Notes under the pieces: generated by a model | Told to the model about the DNA's origin: nothing | Database searches by the model: none | The model's input: only the letters and a program-made list of their open reading frames with translations | Source of the DNA: Tubiluchus corallicola | Taxonomy: Eukaryota; Animalia; Priapulida | Direction of reading: 5' to 3' | Assembly (NCBI GenBank): GCA_030141605.1 | Contig: JAQGDQ010000841.1 | Coordinates: forward strand, 1-64,000 | DNA: 64,000 bases | Shown: piece by piece, positions 26,725-38,615 of the stretch | How positions within the stretch are numbered: the stretch's first letter is position 1 | Layout of the letters: each line of letters opens with the position of its first letter | Program-made: the position numbers and the translations under genes

Positions 26725-28460
26725 TGGCAGTATCAGCTGAAGCATGTTTGATGCTAAAATCCTGGATGCAATGGAAAATTGAAGCAAAAGGTTTAAGCAT
26801 GTGCACAACAGCGGCGACTATGACGACATGTGTGATGTGACATTTCGTCTGGGTAAAACTCTTATTAATTCTAATAGGTATATTCTTAGTTTGAACAGTG
26901 ATGTTTTCAAGAAAATGTTCTATGGACCTTTGCGTCATAAGCTTGATGATGTACTAGCAATACCTGATGAACTAAGAGTCTTTTTCTTACTTGTAGAGTA
27001 GATTTACACTGATCATGCAACACTCAATGGTGAAACCGTACCTGCGGCATTGTATGTTACTAAAAACTACAGAATCCCCGAGGACGTGAAGATCTTGCCA
27101 GGTTCTTCCTGAATTCCAACATAGACTTACCATTGAAAAACCTAGAAGATCACAACTACACAATTCTTGATCCTAAATTAATACCGAATGAAGTAAGACA
27201 AGAACACAGCTCTCTACAAAGTAAGTCAACTACGATATCAATGCAGTATGCTGATGATGAGGCATGGATTACAAGAAACAAAGAAGAAGCAGATGAAATA
27301 AAAAGCTCAATAGAGGAGAAACTGAACAGAATGGATCTCGTTATAAACAAAAATAAAACTGAAGAGTTTCATATAACACGCCATGGTGATGAATCATGGC
27401 AAAGATACAAGTATCTCAGTAGTCTGCTGGCAACAGAGGACGACATATTAAGACGAAAGATAATGGCATTATCAGCTTACTCAAAACTTACCAAAGGTTT
27501 TGAGAATAGGAAGATTTCTTTGGAAACAAAAATTAGAATATTCTCAGTCGAAACTGTATTTCTGTATAACTCTGAGCTCTGGACATTAAAAGCAAATCAT
27601 TGCAGAGTGTAGGGAGTCCTGGCATAGAGAGGTGAGCAGAATCATGTCCCTGGACGTTTGATTCAGTGAAGAAGAAGAACATTAGCCAGGACAATGTGTG
27701 CATTGTTTTAACAACAACTTCATTTCAAGGGGAAAAGACGTAGAGATGAAATGTTTGCAAGTCATAGATGCAGAAACAGAAGCGGTGATCAAATCAGTTA
27801 CAGTAAGCTTCAATGCGTTAAGTTATGAAACATTGACGATTATTGTGAAAAGGTGATGAACTGACCATAGATGAAGGAATGTTATTTGAACAAGTTCCTA
27901 GATGGGCTGATGCTGAGTGTGAATGGAGAAAATTAGAAGGCAACATTGTTAACAAGAGGAAAGTCTTGGGTGTCATTCTGTAACAAATTAGTTCCCCGAC
28001 AATGAACGAAGAGCCATTTGCAGAATTAGCCATAAAAACTAAAATGTTGACCGGCAGAAAAATTTCCGTTGTTGTGTTTCTGCATCATCACGGCAAGGAA
28101 GTTGCATCTCAATCATTGTTTCATGTAAGAGAAAGAAAGTGCTATAGAGACTCTTTTTCTTTACTGTTTACTGTTCCAGTTAGTAAGCTAACTAATGCAG
28201 AAAAGGAGCTTGTCAACATCACATACTACATAACAACATTGCTCGTTTCTGAACCAAAGTATGATATGGGGTATAAGCTGTGGACGTGCAAAATGTGACA
28301 GTACTGGAACTGAAGGAAGCTACCGGGGACGCTTGACATTCAGCATCTTGACGCGTTGCTTATCAACTTCTTTTGACCAACTAATGGACATTTACTAAAT
28401 TTCTCAATTATGATGAAGATAAATCAATCAGAAACTTAAACACTGTGCACCTCACAGATA
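26725..28460 (+). pseudogene. BTB-BACK (BTBD1/2/3/6-like) intronless pseudogene, LINE-interrupted
   Basis: BTB: DVTFRLG...NRYILSLNSDVFKKMFYGPL...IPD...*IYTD...ALYVTKNY. BACK: KCLQVIDAETEAVIKS...LFEQVPRWADAECE...KRKVLG. In-frame stops (TAG 26999, TAA ~27981), frameshifts and a LINE insertion. Confidence 0.85.
27085..27650 (+). mobile_element. Non-LTR retrotransposon (RTE-like) reverse transcriptase fragment inside the BTB pseudogene
   Basis: ORF 27133-27612 has YADD, INKNKTE, YKYLSS, and KISLETKIRIF...FLYNSELWTL, typical of the RTE-clade RT C-terminal region. Boundaries are approximate. Confidence 0.8.
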
Positions 28461-29034
28461 AATGTGTGGTCGGGCTGATCTATCAGTGAGGTGCACAGCT
28501 TCTTTAGTATCTGATTGATTTATCTTCATTGTAATTGAGAAATTCAATCCAGTAAATGTCCAGTAGTTGATCGAAAAAAGTTTATAAGCAACGCGTCAAG
28601 ACACCGAATGTCAAGCGTCCTCCATAGCTTCCTTCAGTTCCAGTACTGTCACATTTTGCACGTCCACTGCTTATACTCCACATCATACTTTGGTTCAGAA
28701 ACGAACAACGTTGTTTTGTGATGCGAAATGTTGACACTTTCCCCTTCTGCATTAGTTATCTTACTGACTGGAACAGTAAACAAAAAACTAAAAAGTCTCT
28801 TGAGCACTTTCTTCTACAGGAAACACTGATTGAGATGCTACTTGCTTGCCGTGACGATGCAGAAACACAACATCAGAAATTTCTCTGCCGGTCAACATTT
28901 TAGTTTTTATGGCTGATACTACAACTGATTTATTATCCATTGTCGGAAATCTAATTTGATACAGAATGACAGGTAAGACTTCAATTTTGTTAGCAATGTT
29001 GCCTTCTAATTTTCTCCATTCAGACTCAGCATCA
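27908..29034. repeat. Long inverted repeat: arms 27908-28463 and 28478-29034, ~14-nt loop
   Basis: Arm ends: tgatgctgagtgtgaatg vs cattcagactcagcatca. Centre: ctgtgcacctcacagataaat vs atctatcagtgaggtgcacag. Collinear throughout, roughly 85-90% identical by eye. Confidence 0.95.
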
Positions 29035-30267
29035 TGAACATCAAACCTGCAGGCTTAATTAACGATGGTGAAATTCGTATCAAACTGCATTTTCAACTTC
29101 CATAAGCAGATGCAGAAATTTAATGATCCTGGTGTTGTGCTGTTTATTTGCCTGGGCATTATACATACGTAAACAAACAATGATATAAAAGGAAATACAG
29201 ACGAAAACATAAAATTGTCCAACAAAGTCATTAATTTTTATTTATCACAAGAACAACAACAGCAGCAAAATTAATAAATAACCAAACCCTGCAAAAAAAT
29301 GACAAAAAATGACAAACCATGCCACATCACCCACACCACACTACATCACACCACACCCACAACAACATCCACGCAGCACTCCACCAACACCAAAAATAAC
29401 ACTACACCATCCACAACACACAACTCTACACCACATCACCCACATCGTACCACCCCACCATACTACCCACAAAACATCATTCACACCACACCACCTACAC
29501 TTTTTTTGGTGATCTAACGTTCATGTTTTTTATAATTCAATGTTATTTCGTGTAGCATAGATTTTTTTTGTAACTGTAAATATTTTAAATGTACCTGAAT
29601 ATTTTAACTGAATTTCACAAATCAGCATTAGGCCATTTGCATGTTTTTAGTTTGGAAAGGTTTAACTAGATTGCAGCATAATTATAATAATTTATAGATT
29701 ATGACGTAATTCAGTGGCATTACATCAGTGTCAGTCATTTAGGTTTTGCAGTAACATTGTTGATTTTTTAATTTTGGTTTTGTTATTATTCAATTCTCCA
29801 ATTGTGGAATTATCATTTTTACCTTGTTCAAGGATTCATCTAATGCTGAACATTTAATCCACTTAACTTGTTTTTTGTTGCTGTTTATGTCATTAATTAA
29901 GTCTTATCATTGTGAGCATAGCTAATAAGTTAATTTATTCTCCTACGCTCATAGCACTGCAATGCATTGTTAATTTGTAATTGTGTAACTTGTAGTTTTT
30001 TGTATAATTCTGCTAAATGAATGAATAAATAAATCCAAATCTAGGGTCTTTATGAATTTTGAGAAAAGTACATAATTCAATTTTATTATTTTTGATTAGC
30101 GATCGTCGGCACTGCATGCGAAAATTTTATAAACAGAACTGAGTTGGGGTGGCTGATATGATAACGCATGTTCCTCGCCACCCCCTTCCCATTTGATTGG
30201 CTATTATAATTATGTTACTAAATTTTAATTGATGTTGTAGGTGGAAAAATAATAAATGATTTGATTT

Positions 30268-30772
30268 GATTTGAAACAAGTTTAGATAACATTGTGTAAA
30301 GTTTGGAAAAATAATCAAGAATTCGCCGGGCATGAGTTACTAAGTAAAATTGTAAATTACTGTATCTTGTCAATAAGAATAAAATACACTTTCGGTTAGT
30401 GTGTGGTGCACCTGGAGGGTAATCAGCAACATTTTACCAATTGATGAAAGCATATTAAGTAATCAATAATTTCCTTTTCTAGCTACACAAGTCTTTCAAA
30501 CAGGTAAGCGAAATGCCAACTAACATAACTTTGCATGGAAAGTTTTTTGGGACATAGTTTAACATCTTCTTTTCTTTCACTGATTTGCGCCATGCATATA
30601 TGGCGTTATATGATGGTGCGGTCAGAAAAGTATTGCTGGAGATTTAAAACGAAGAAAAAACAAAAAATCCTTTCAACAAGAGTACGATATACGCGTAAAA
30701 TTGCTATGAAGTAATTTTGTTTTTTTAAGCTATTTTTCTGAAATCAACTTCAGGTACGTCTTTTCTTGTCTT
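30268..30772 (-). mobile_element. Kolobok-like MITE, family B, truncated
   Basis: Reverse homology to 6475-6990, ending cttttcttgtctt-TTAA. Confidence 0.7.
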
Positions 30773-30809
30773 TTAAGATTTTTGAGATTTATTTATTCAT
30801 CTATTTAGC

Positions 30810-31302
30810 AATAGCCTCGCGACTAAAAGCGGCTCGTGGAAAGAGAAGGAATTTTGGTACCGGTATTGTTGGCCTTGGAAAGAGAGGGAATTTCGCGGCA
30901 TTACGTCACGAACATGGGCGAAGGCTTCAGGCTGCGCTAATAGTTAATTTTTGGAAACCGGAGTTTGTGAATCATCTTTATCGATTAATGCTTTGTAGTT
31001 CTGACTCACGAGTGTTATACTAATAGCAACTGGTTGGGACACATGCTGCAAAAGCAAACAAAGCGTTTGGTGTATATTGAACTGATTTTAGCAGCTCCGG
31101 CCGCTTCGGTCAAGTGGTTAGTGTTCCCAATGAATGAAGATTAGCAAAAATGTGCACGCGCGTAAATCTTTTTCCTCGTTGACTTCAGTGTAACTCATTA
31201 TAATGAACGTTCGCCGTTTAGTTATGACAGTATAAAACCAGTGCAGTTGTGGATAATGTTTTCTGTACTTTTACTTAATCACGTGTCCTGAATTTGGTAA
31301 GT
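30810..31302 (+). promoter_or_regulatory. Possible promoter / non-coding first exon for DCLK
   Basis: Locally CpG-enriched non-repeat DNA, TATAAAA at 31231 and a G|GTAAGT donor at 31297. Linkage to DCLK is unproven. Confidence 0.25.
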
Positions 31303-33134
31303 ACCAAATAATAACCATAATTAATAAAAAGGTGTACATCGTCTAAATAATAATGTACTGCCAACTTCTTGTAAAGCTTTTAAATTAGGCTTATTGGAGT
31401 AGAGTATACTTCGTGCATGCATACTACGCTAATCTACACTTAAGCCAAAAATAATAATTAATATAAACACTGGGGCTTTGATATGGTTAATAATAATACT
31501 AGGACGAGCATTGTACCATGTGTGTACTGTAGTTTATTTTATACTGATCTCAAGTACATTTAAATCAAGACTAAAAACAACTTAGTAACCGTGCTGCGCA
31601 CATATGACTTGTATGTATTACCAACCCATTGCATTGCAGTTACCGGCCCAAGGTGACACCTAACTTGTATCACGATTAAATGGCCTTTATTCTGCCACCT
31701 GCTGCCTTCAGTGCCCAGCTTGCCCATAGATTAGCATGGGCCCGTATGCTCTTGCGGTTCCTGGGTAAGTGCCCAGCTTGCCCATAGATTAAGACAATCC
31801 TGAAGCTGACAGTAAAAATATGTTTGTTTCCATCTAGTTGCCCGGCTAATATTATTTTTATCGCGCACCCGGAATTATGGAAATTGTAATTTTTTTTGTA
31901 TAAAATCGTATTTTTCAATCTAAAACTTAATATGCAATCATTTTTTATAACATCGTTCTTCGCGCAGGATGCGGCGACGTTTTTCCACGGCTAACTCTCG
32001 TCCAGGGTTGCCATTTTGTATGATGCTCATCAGATTGGAGGTTAAAAGTATAGAATTTTTCACCAAATCGGTGTATTAAGAGCCGAGTAGTGTTGCCGCT
32101 TATACCATAATTATCAGAACATACACGTTCATGATACAAAAAAGAGACTATATAATATTCAATTATTATAAGATAATTTAGTAATGCGAATCTAAAAAAC
32201 AAAGTGTGAAAAAATCTGCATTGGATAAAATTACTGCTAACCGGCGGGAAATAAACAAACTTTGATTTCAACTTCGTATTTTCAAACCTGATTCCGTATT
32301 TAGGTGAACAGTGTTTGAGGCTTTTCCTGCGCAGTATTTCTTATTTGTATTACATTCATTGTAGGCCCTTTCACTAGATATTGTACATGAAACTATTGTA
32401 AATGTATTGTAAACTTATGACTTACAACTGATTTTAAATATTTCACGATTCAGCTTTAAACATTCGCAAAGCTTTAAAAAAAGTTTCCTCCCTCCCTACT
32501 GACATCTTATGAGCTCATAAGGTAAAACAGAAACAATTTTTTTGTGACTAGGTTAAGTTTAAAATGTGAATACCCAGGCATATTTTTGCTGCGAATATAA
32601 AACGATTTTACTAAGTTTTGCACAACGCGCTGAAACTTTCTAAAATTTTTCTTTCAAGGGCATTAAAATAAGGTCACCTTTCCTGGAGGCTAGCGTAGTG
32701 TTTGTAGCTTAGCATGACTAGCCATATACGGATAAGTATTAAAACATGTAGGATTGTAGGTGTAAATTTTAACTAGTTTATTGGTTTGTTGCACGGCCTA
32801 CTGAACTCAGTAACATTTGGGTCGTCTTGTTCTTATTGTAACAGCTAAGCTATCGTTTCCAAGTGCTCGACGAATGTGTAGATATTGCGAGCAATGCCAC
32901 ATATAGTGCAGATACTGTTTGCGAAATTTGATTTTTATTTTAACAAATTGAAGAGTTTAGTGTAACAATTTCTTGTCAGCATGTGACTTACTTTGGTACG
33001 TAATTTGATTTTGCTGTTATTAACTCTTATTTTCGTCTTCATACTTGTTTTTTTGGCTGCTTACTCATACTATTTAAACTCTTTGAACTATTCATTATCA
33101 GCAGTTCAGCATTCTGCACAGCATTTGACTTTAA

Positions 33135-33732
33135 AGCAAAACTGGACCCAATCTTAAACTGCAAATCAAAACAATCTACTCTTTAAAATATTGAAATGAA
33201 ATATACCATTTTTTCAAAAACGACTTGCGTGAAAGAATTGTTACCACGCAAACACAATTTCGCATTTGCATCACTAGTTCTTCGCTGTTACATGCATTTC
33301 ACCATTTGTTGGTTAGATGGGCACTAGCGCCTGCATTTTGGAAACATTTTGTACAAAAAAACAGGTGCTGTACCTCTCAATTCAGAGGTGTTTGTTTGTG
33401 ATGTCGTGCATGAACATAGCAGTAAATTTGAAATTTGAATTTTTATCTTAAAACTTGCCTTGTTTTACTACAACACACCGAATATCTTCCAATAGCACTG
33501 TACTTCAATTTTTGCTTTTGCAAACATGTGCAGCACTCACGGAATTTTTTTGCTATTAAAAATTATGTTAGTTTGTGATGTCATCAATAGTTGGGCTCGT
33601 TCGCTGTTAAATAAGATTTTTATCTATCATTTAATTATCAGAAGTGTTTCTGCTGTGTTACTTGTGTTAAAATGTATACATTTTATCAGAATTAAAAATG
33701 GGGTAGTATATGAAAAATCATCCCGTCTTCCT
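33135..33732 (+). mobile_element. Kolobok-like MITE, family D
   Basis: TTAA-AGCAAAACTGGACCCAATC...atgaaaaatcatcccgtcttcct. Confidence 0.78.
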
Positions 33733-34467
33733 AGATCTTAAGATTATAAGTATAATCTTACATTATTATTATTATTATTATACAATTATAGTTATAATCT
33801 CGTTAAATTTTGCATTTGTTCATTGCAAACATTATAATCTGAAGAAGCTGTGCTGCTCAACCTATTCCAATCATACATGCAAATTTAAGATAAAATTGAT
33901 GTAAACTTTTTAATGTGTGTTTGCAAATTAATTTAGTTATTTAGATTATCTAGTTTTTTGCCTCTCTTTTCTCTTTCTATTAGTTATTTACATTTGTTAT
34001 TTGCATTTCTGTTATTTCATATTGTTTTGCGGAAAAAATCTGAATGTATTTTCAACATAATTCGGACTCTCTGTGCCAGATGCTTTCTGTGGATCCAATC
34101 TAGCAAACTTATTATTGTTCCTATCAGATTATATTAGCTGTAGCCTAACTCACTGATACGGCACGAAGGGTGGCGTTTGTTTGCTGGTCTGCGTCTCTCA
34201 GACAAAGGAATTGACACTCGACGTTCGACTGTCCGGATTTCTGACAGATGTGGGCCCTTGACAATTGCTCGGGAACCGATCATTTATAATTCATTGTGAC
34301 TTGCATTTATAATGTAAGTCAGACTGTGTTTTTGCTTGGCTTTTATATGCAGCCTGGGGGCAGGTGGTGGGGCTATAAAAGCTTGTTTTATGTAAGAGGT
34401 TAATCATGCATCATTTTGTTGCTAATAAAATGTCAGTTAATGTACAGTAGGAATGATTTGAATATTT

Positions 34468-34806
34468 TTGTTGCTGTTGCTGTTGTTTTTGTTGTTGTTA
34501 CTCTTCCTGTTGTTATTGTTGTTGTTGTTGCTGTTGTTTTTGTTGTTGTTACTCTTCCTCTTGTTGTTATTGTTGCTGTTGTTGTTTTTGTTGCTGTTGT
34601 TATTGTTGTTGTTGTTGCTGTTGCTATCGTTGTTGTCGTTTTTGTTGTTGTTACTCTTCCTGCTGTTGCTCTTGTTATTGTTGCTGCTGAACATTGTTGT
34701 TGTTGTTGTTGTTTGTTGCTGTTGTTGTTGCCGTTGTCGCCACTGCCTTTGTAGTTATTGTTGTTGTTTGTTGATGTTGTTGCATCTCCTCAGTCATTGT
34801 TGTTGT
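34468..34806. repeat. (GTT)n-based compound trinucleotide tract
   Basis: Direct inspection; recurring gttactcttcct spacer. Confidence 0.9.
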
Positions 34807-34946
34807 TTTTTATTTATTTATGAAGCTAGGACCTATCACTAGACTAGTATCTCATATTGTCATAAACTATCATAATTTTTGATAAACTTTATAATTAAAT
34901 CTGCAGTAAACAAAACAACATAATGCTCATACCTGTGTACGTAGCA

Positions 34947-34995
34947 ACCAAAGCTAAACATTGTCCTGGTTGGTTAGTAAATGGATAGGTGATAG
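34947..34995 (+). pseudogene. Degenerate 5S rRNA-derived segment (5S pseudogene or SINE3 head)
   Basis: accaaagctaaaca..gtc...ggttagta..tggataggtga aligns without gaps to the 5S internal control region (accgaagttaagca..gtc...ggttagtacttggatgggtga). Confidence 0.5.
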
Positions 34996-35644
34996 GTAGG
35001 AAAATCATTCTATGCGGTTTCATCTCCCTTATGGCTTCAGGTATTTATATGACCAAGGGAGAACTTCTGCTGGGCTTCTCTACACGTTCAGATATATGGC
35101 TAACATGACTCCATTCCTGATAATAAGAGCTCTAGATTACCGTCCTGCCACACACTGATACTGGGTTGGCTGTGTGGTTGTAGTACAGATTCATTCTTAT
35201 TAAATGGAGTGTACTGCCAAGGAGTCTGAGATGCAGTGTAATGACATATTTGTTTTCGAAACTTTGATGAGAAAATGATTTTAGTAGAAGATCTAGTCTT
35301 TATTTGAGAAAGTTCACTCATTTGCAATAATCAGTTTTTAAGTGTAAGTGAAAGCTGTGCTAAGCTAGGTAGTTCTTTCAATTCAATTCAAATTTTTATT
35401 TTGATAACTAAGACCATATAAAATACAAATACAAAAATGAAACAAAATACAATGAAATAAAAAATTACGAGATTAAATATACATATACTGGTTAGTAAAT
35501 TAAGAGCTAAATCTCCTTATATCTACTTAAATGTACGCACGATCATAAATTTTTACGATTGCAAGTGTTTTTGTTACCTACATAAACCCAAAACTGTTAC
35601 ATAACCCGGTTAAATTCACTAACAATAGCTGACCTGGTGCCACG

Positions 35645-35871
35645 ATAGTAGGGGGAGTCCTGCATGACAGAACAGGGCCAAGTTTTCCTCCTTGTAGCAC
35701 ACAGTTCAACAGCACCACCTGTACCCATTATAGTAGGGGAGTCCAGCATGACAGAACAGGGCCAAGTTTTCCTCCTTGTAGCACACAGTTCAACAGCACC
35801 ACTTGTACCCATGACAGTAGGGGGGCCCAGCATGACAGAACAGGGCCAAGTTTTCCTCCTTGTAGCACACA
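35645..35871. repeat. 84-bp tandem repeat, ~3 copies
   Basis: gcatgacagaacagggccaagttttcctccttgtagcacac recurs every 84 bp. Confidence 0.92.
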
Positions 35872-36770
35872 AACCAACATCACCACCTCATGACAGCAGG
35901 GGAATACTTATGGTTATAATAACAGTTTTCAAGTCTAGATTTTATATATATATATATATATGTTTGTTTTTGCAAGCATGGGCCAATGGATAATTAAGGA
36001 AAATCTTTCATCTTGCTGAAAGGATTGCCCATCATTTTGCATGCATATTTTTCCGTTTTTCTGATCTGAATAATTGTAAAACTTGGACGGAAAGGAGATC
36101 CAGGACTTTCCAAGGACAAAGTGTCGGTTGTTTCAGTTCAAATCAGTTCTGACATGAGAATGTAGCTACTTATGCGGATTGCAAGAGTTCAGATTGATTC
36201 AAAGTGTCGGAGTAGGGAAATAATTTCTTGTAAATACCAATCGTAATTTGCATTTAGAATCAAATAATGAAATTTAATGCATATCAGGGCAGTTTACATT
36301 CAATGCAAACATTATATAGTCTGAAAATGTATTATTATTATTGTTGTTGTTGTTTGTTGTTGTTGTTGTTGTTGTTGCTTGTTGTTGTTGTTGTAATTTG
36401 TTGTTGTTGTTGTTGTTATTATCATCATCATCATTATCATTATCGTCATTATCATTATTACTATTATTATTATTGTAACTTTTTTATTATATAAATATAC
36501 AAGTCCCTCTATTTGTAGGGAGGTCATTTTTCATACGTTTTTACATATTATCTCATTACTATTATGACATTATATTATGACCACATATATGCATTTACAA
36601 GTTTATTGGTATTGTTTCAGTTAATGTTTCAGAACTACTATAACTGTGTTACATAGATATAGACATCTCTGAGAATAGGCACTTATATAAGCTATTAATA
36701 TTTAAAGAAGTTTTAGCTTTTTTGCATTATCAATTCCATTGCTTTTAGTTCTTTCACTGTTTCAATATAT

Positions 36771-37262
36771 TGTTGTTGTTGTTGGCATCCTTCTGTCTCG
36801 GAAGACAATGGAATGTGCGCCAAGAGAGTCCGATCCTTGAACGTCTCCAGGGTGCACGCCTGGGGAAGGTGTATGGAGATCCTGAGTTGCCCAGACAACA
36901 GGAACCCCCTCTCTTCCTCCCTGGTGTAGTACAAAGGAAAGCGGAGCGATACGTTTGGCACCAGGTTGGCTGCAGGAGCTGCCGGAGTCAGTGAGCATGC
37001 TGCACTGGTCCGCCTTCAGGGCTCCACTCCTGATTTGGAAGGTTTACTCCTCTACACATGGCCGTTGGGTCACTTGACCTCCTCCGCCCTCTAGCCGTTG
37101 GCTGCTTGTACAGCTCATTCGCCTAGTGTCGAGATACAGTGTGGGCATTTCAATATATAATTTATGCATATTAATGTCTCAGCTATGATAAATGCCTTTC
37201 GGCTCCATGGATGACACCATCTGGCATATGGCCTTCCTAAGTTCTTGGTGCACCAGCCCGCG
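36771..37262 (-). mobile_element. Non-coding RTE-derived retroelement (SINE-like or internally deleted)
   Basis: The minus strand ends ggcgcacattccattgtcttccgagacagaaggatgc(CAA)n, an RTE-type 3' end from recall. GC-rich non-coding body. Candidate TSD tttcaatatat at 36760-36770 and 37148-37158. Confidence 0.6.
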
Positions 37263-37407
37263 AAAAGGTGTACTATCTATCCTATTGCAATCAAACGTGT
37301 AAATTTAGGATAAAATCGATGCTGGCTTCTTGATGTGCGATTGCAAATTAATGGAAACTGTGCATGATAAAAATGTAACAGAACCGTCTACTACTTCCCT
37401 GCTTTGG

Positions 37408-38043
37408 CATCATGTTACCTTGAAGATTGAGGTACTAGTAGGAGTTTTTCACATTTGTTGATGTGTAAAAGATGTCGGTAAATTGCATATTTTAATTTCA
37501 TCATGTTACCTTGAAGATTGAGGTACCAGTAGGAGTTCTTCACGTTTGTTGATGTGTAAAAGATGTCGGTAAATTGCATATTTTAATTTCATCATGTTAC
37601 CTTGAAGATTGAGGTACCAGTAGGAGTTCTTCACGTTTGTTGATGTGTTAAAGATGTCGGTAAATTGCATATTTTAATTTCATCATGTTACCTTGAAGAT
37701 TGAGGTACCAGTAGGAGTTCTTCACATTTGTTGATGTGTAAAAGATGTCGGTAAATTGCATATTTTAATTTCATCATGTTACCTTGAAGATTGAGGTACC
37801 AGTAGGAGTTCTTCACGTTTGTTGATGTGTTAAAGATGTCGGTAAATTGCATATTTTAATTTCATCATGTTACCTTGAAGATTGAGGTACCAGTAGGAGT
37901 TCTTCACATTTGTTGATGTGTAAAAGATGTCGGTAAATTGCATATTTTAATTTCATCATGTTACCTTGAAGATTGAGGTACCAGTTGGAGTTCTTCACAT
38001 TTGTTGATGTGTAGAAGATGTCGGTAAATTGCATATTTTAATT
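37408..38043. repeat. 91-bp tandem array, 7 copies, upstream of the DCLK coding exon
   Basis: Unit catcatgttaccttgaagattgaggtaccagtaggag...ggtaaattgcatattttaattt. Confidence 0.95.
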
Positions 38044-38615
38044 TTGTATGATGTATATTAACACGTAAACATAGTTCTGTAGCATTTTTTCTAAATAATG
38101 AATTTCCATTTAAATACAGTTTTGTAACTCAACCTTGAGTGTTATAACTTATATTTGCCCTTTCAACAGGTCTGTAACGTTTGTAGTTCCATACAAGTCT
38201 GGAACAAGTCTTAGAATTGGTTTGTGAACTAAACGTTTACATAAGGCCACTCGATGCCACATTTTAATCAAATCTTGTCTGTTTTTTATTGTTGGTTTGT
38301 GAATTTTTAAAACGGGAAGTACGAGCGACTGAAGAAAATGATTAAACGTTCAAAGTACTGAGAATACATAACGATATTTACTTTAAAAACAGATAATCTT
38401 ATAAAGGTATCTTTATAGTAACCATAAAACATATTTGTGGCAGTTTCAATCCTGTTACAAAGTATCATAGGTTTCTCCCTTGAGCTATAAAACAAACTTT
38501 CGATAAAAAATTACTACTTAATACCATATTTTCATGCTAACCAGTTTTCGTTTTTCAGGTGTGCTGTCTAATGCATCACTGTTAACTGTCTTGGACAACG
38601 GTCAAGAGACCCACC

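Noticed and set aside
31095-31130. tRNA-like A-box (ggtcaagtggttagtg)
   Set aside because: No B box or cloverleaf follows; at most a SINE scrap.
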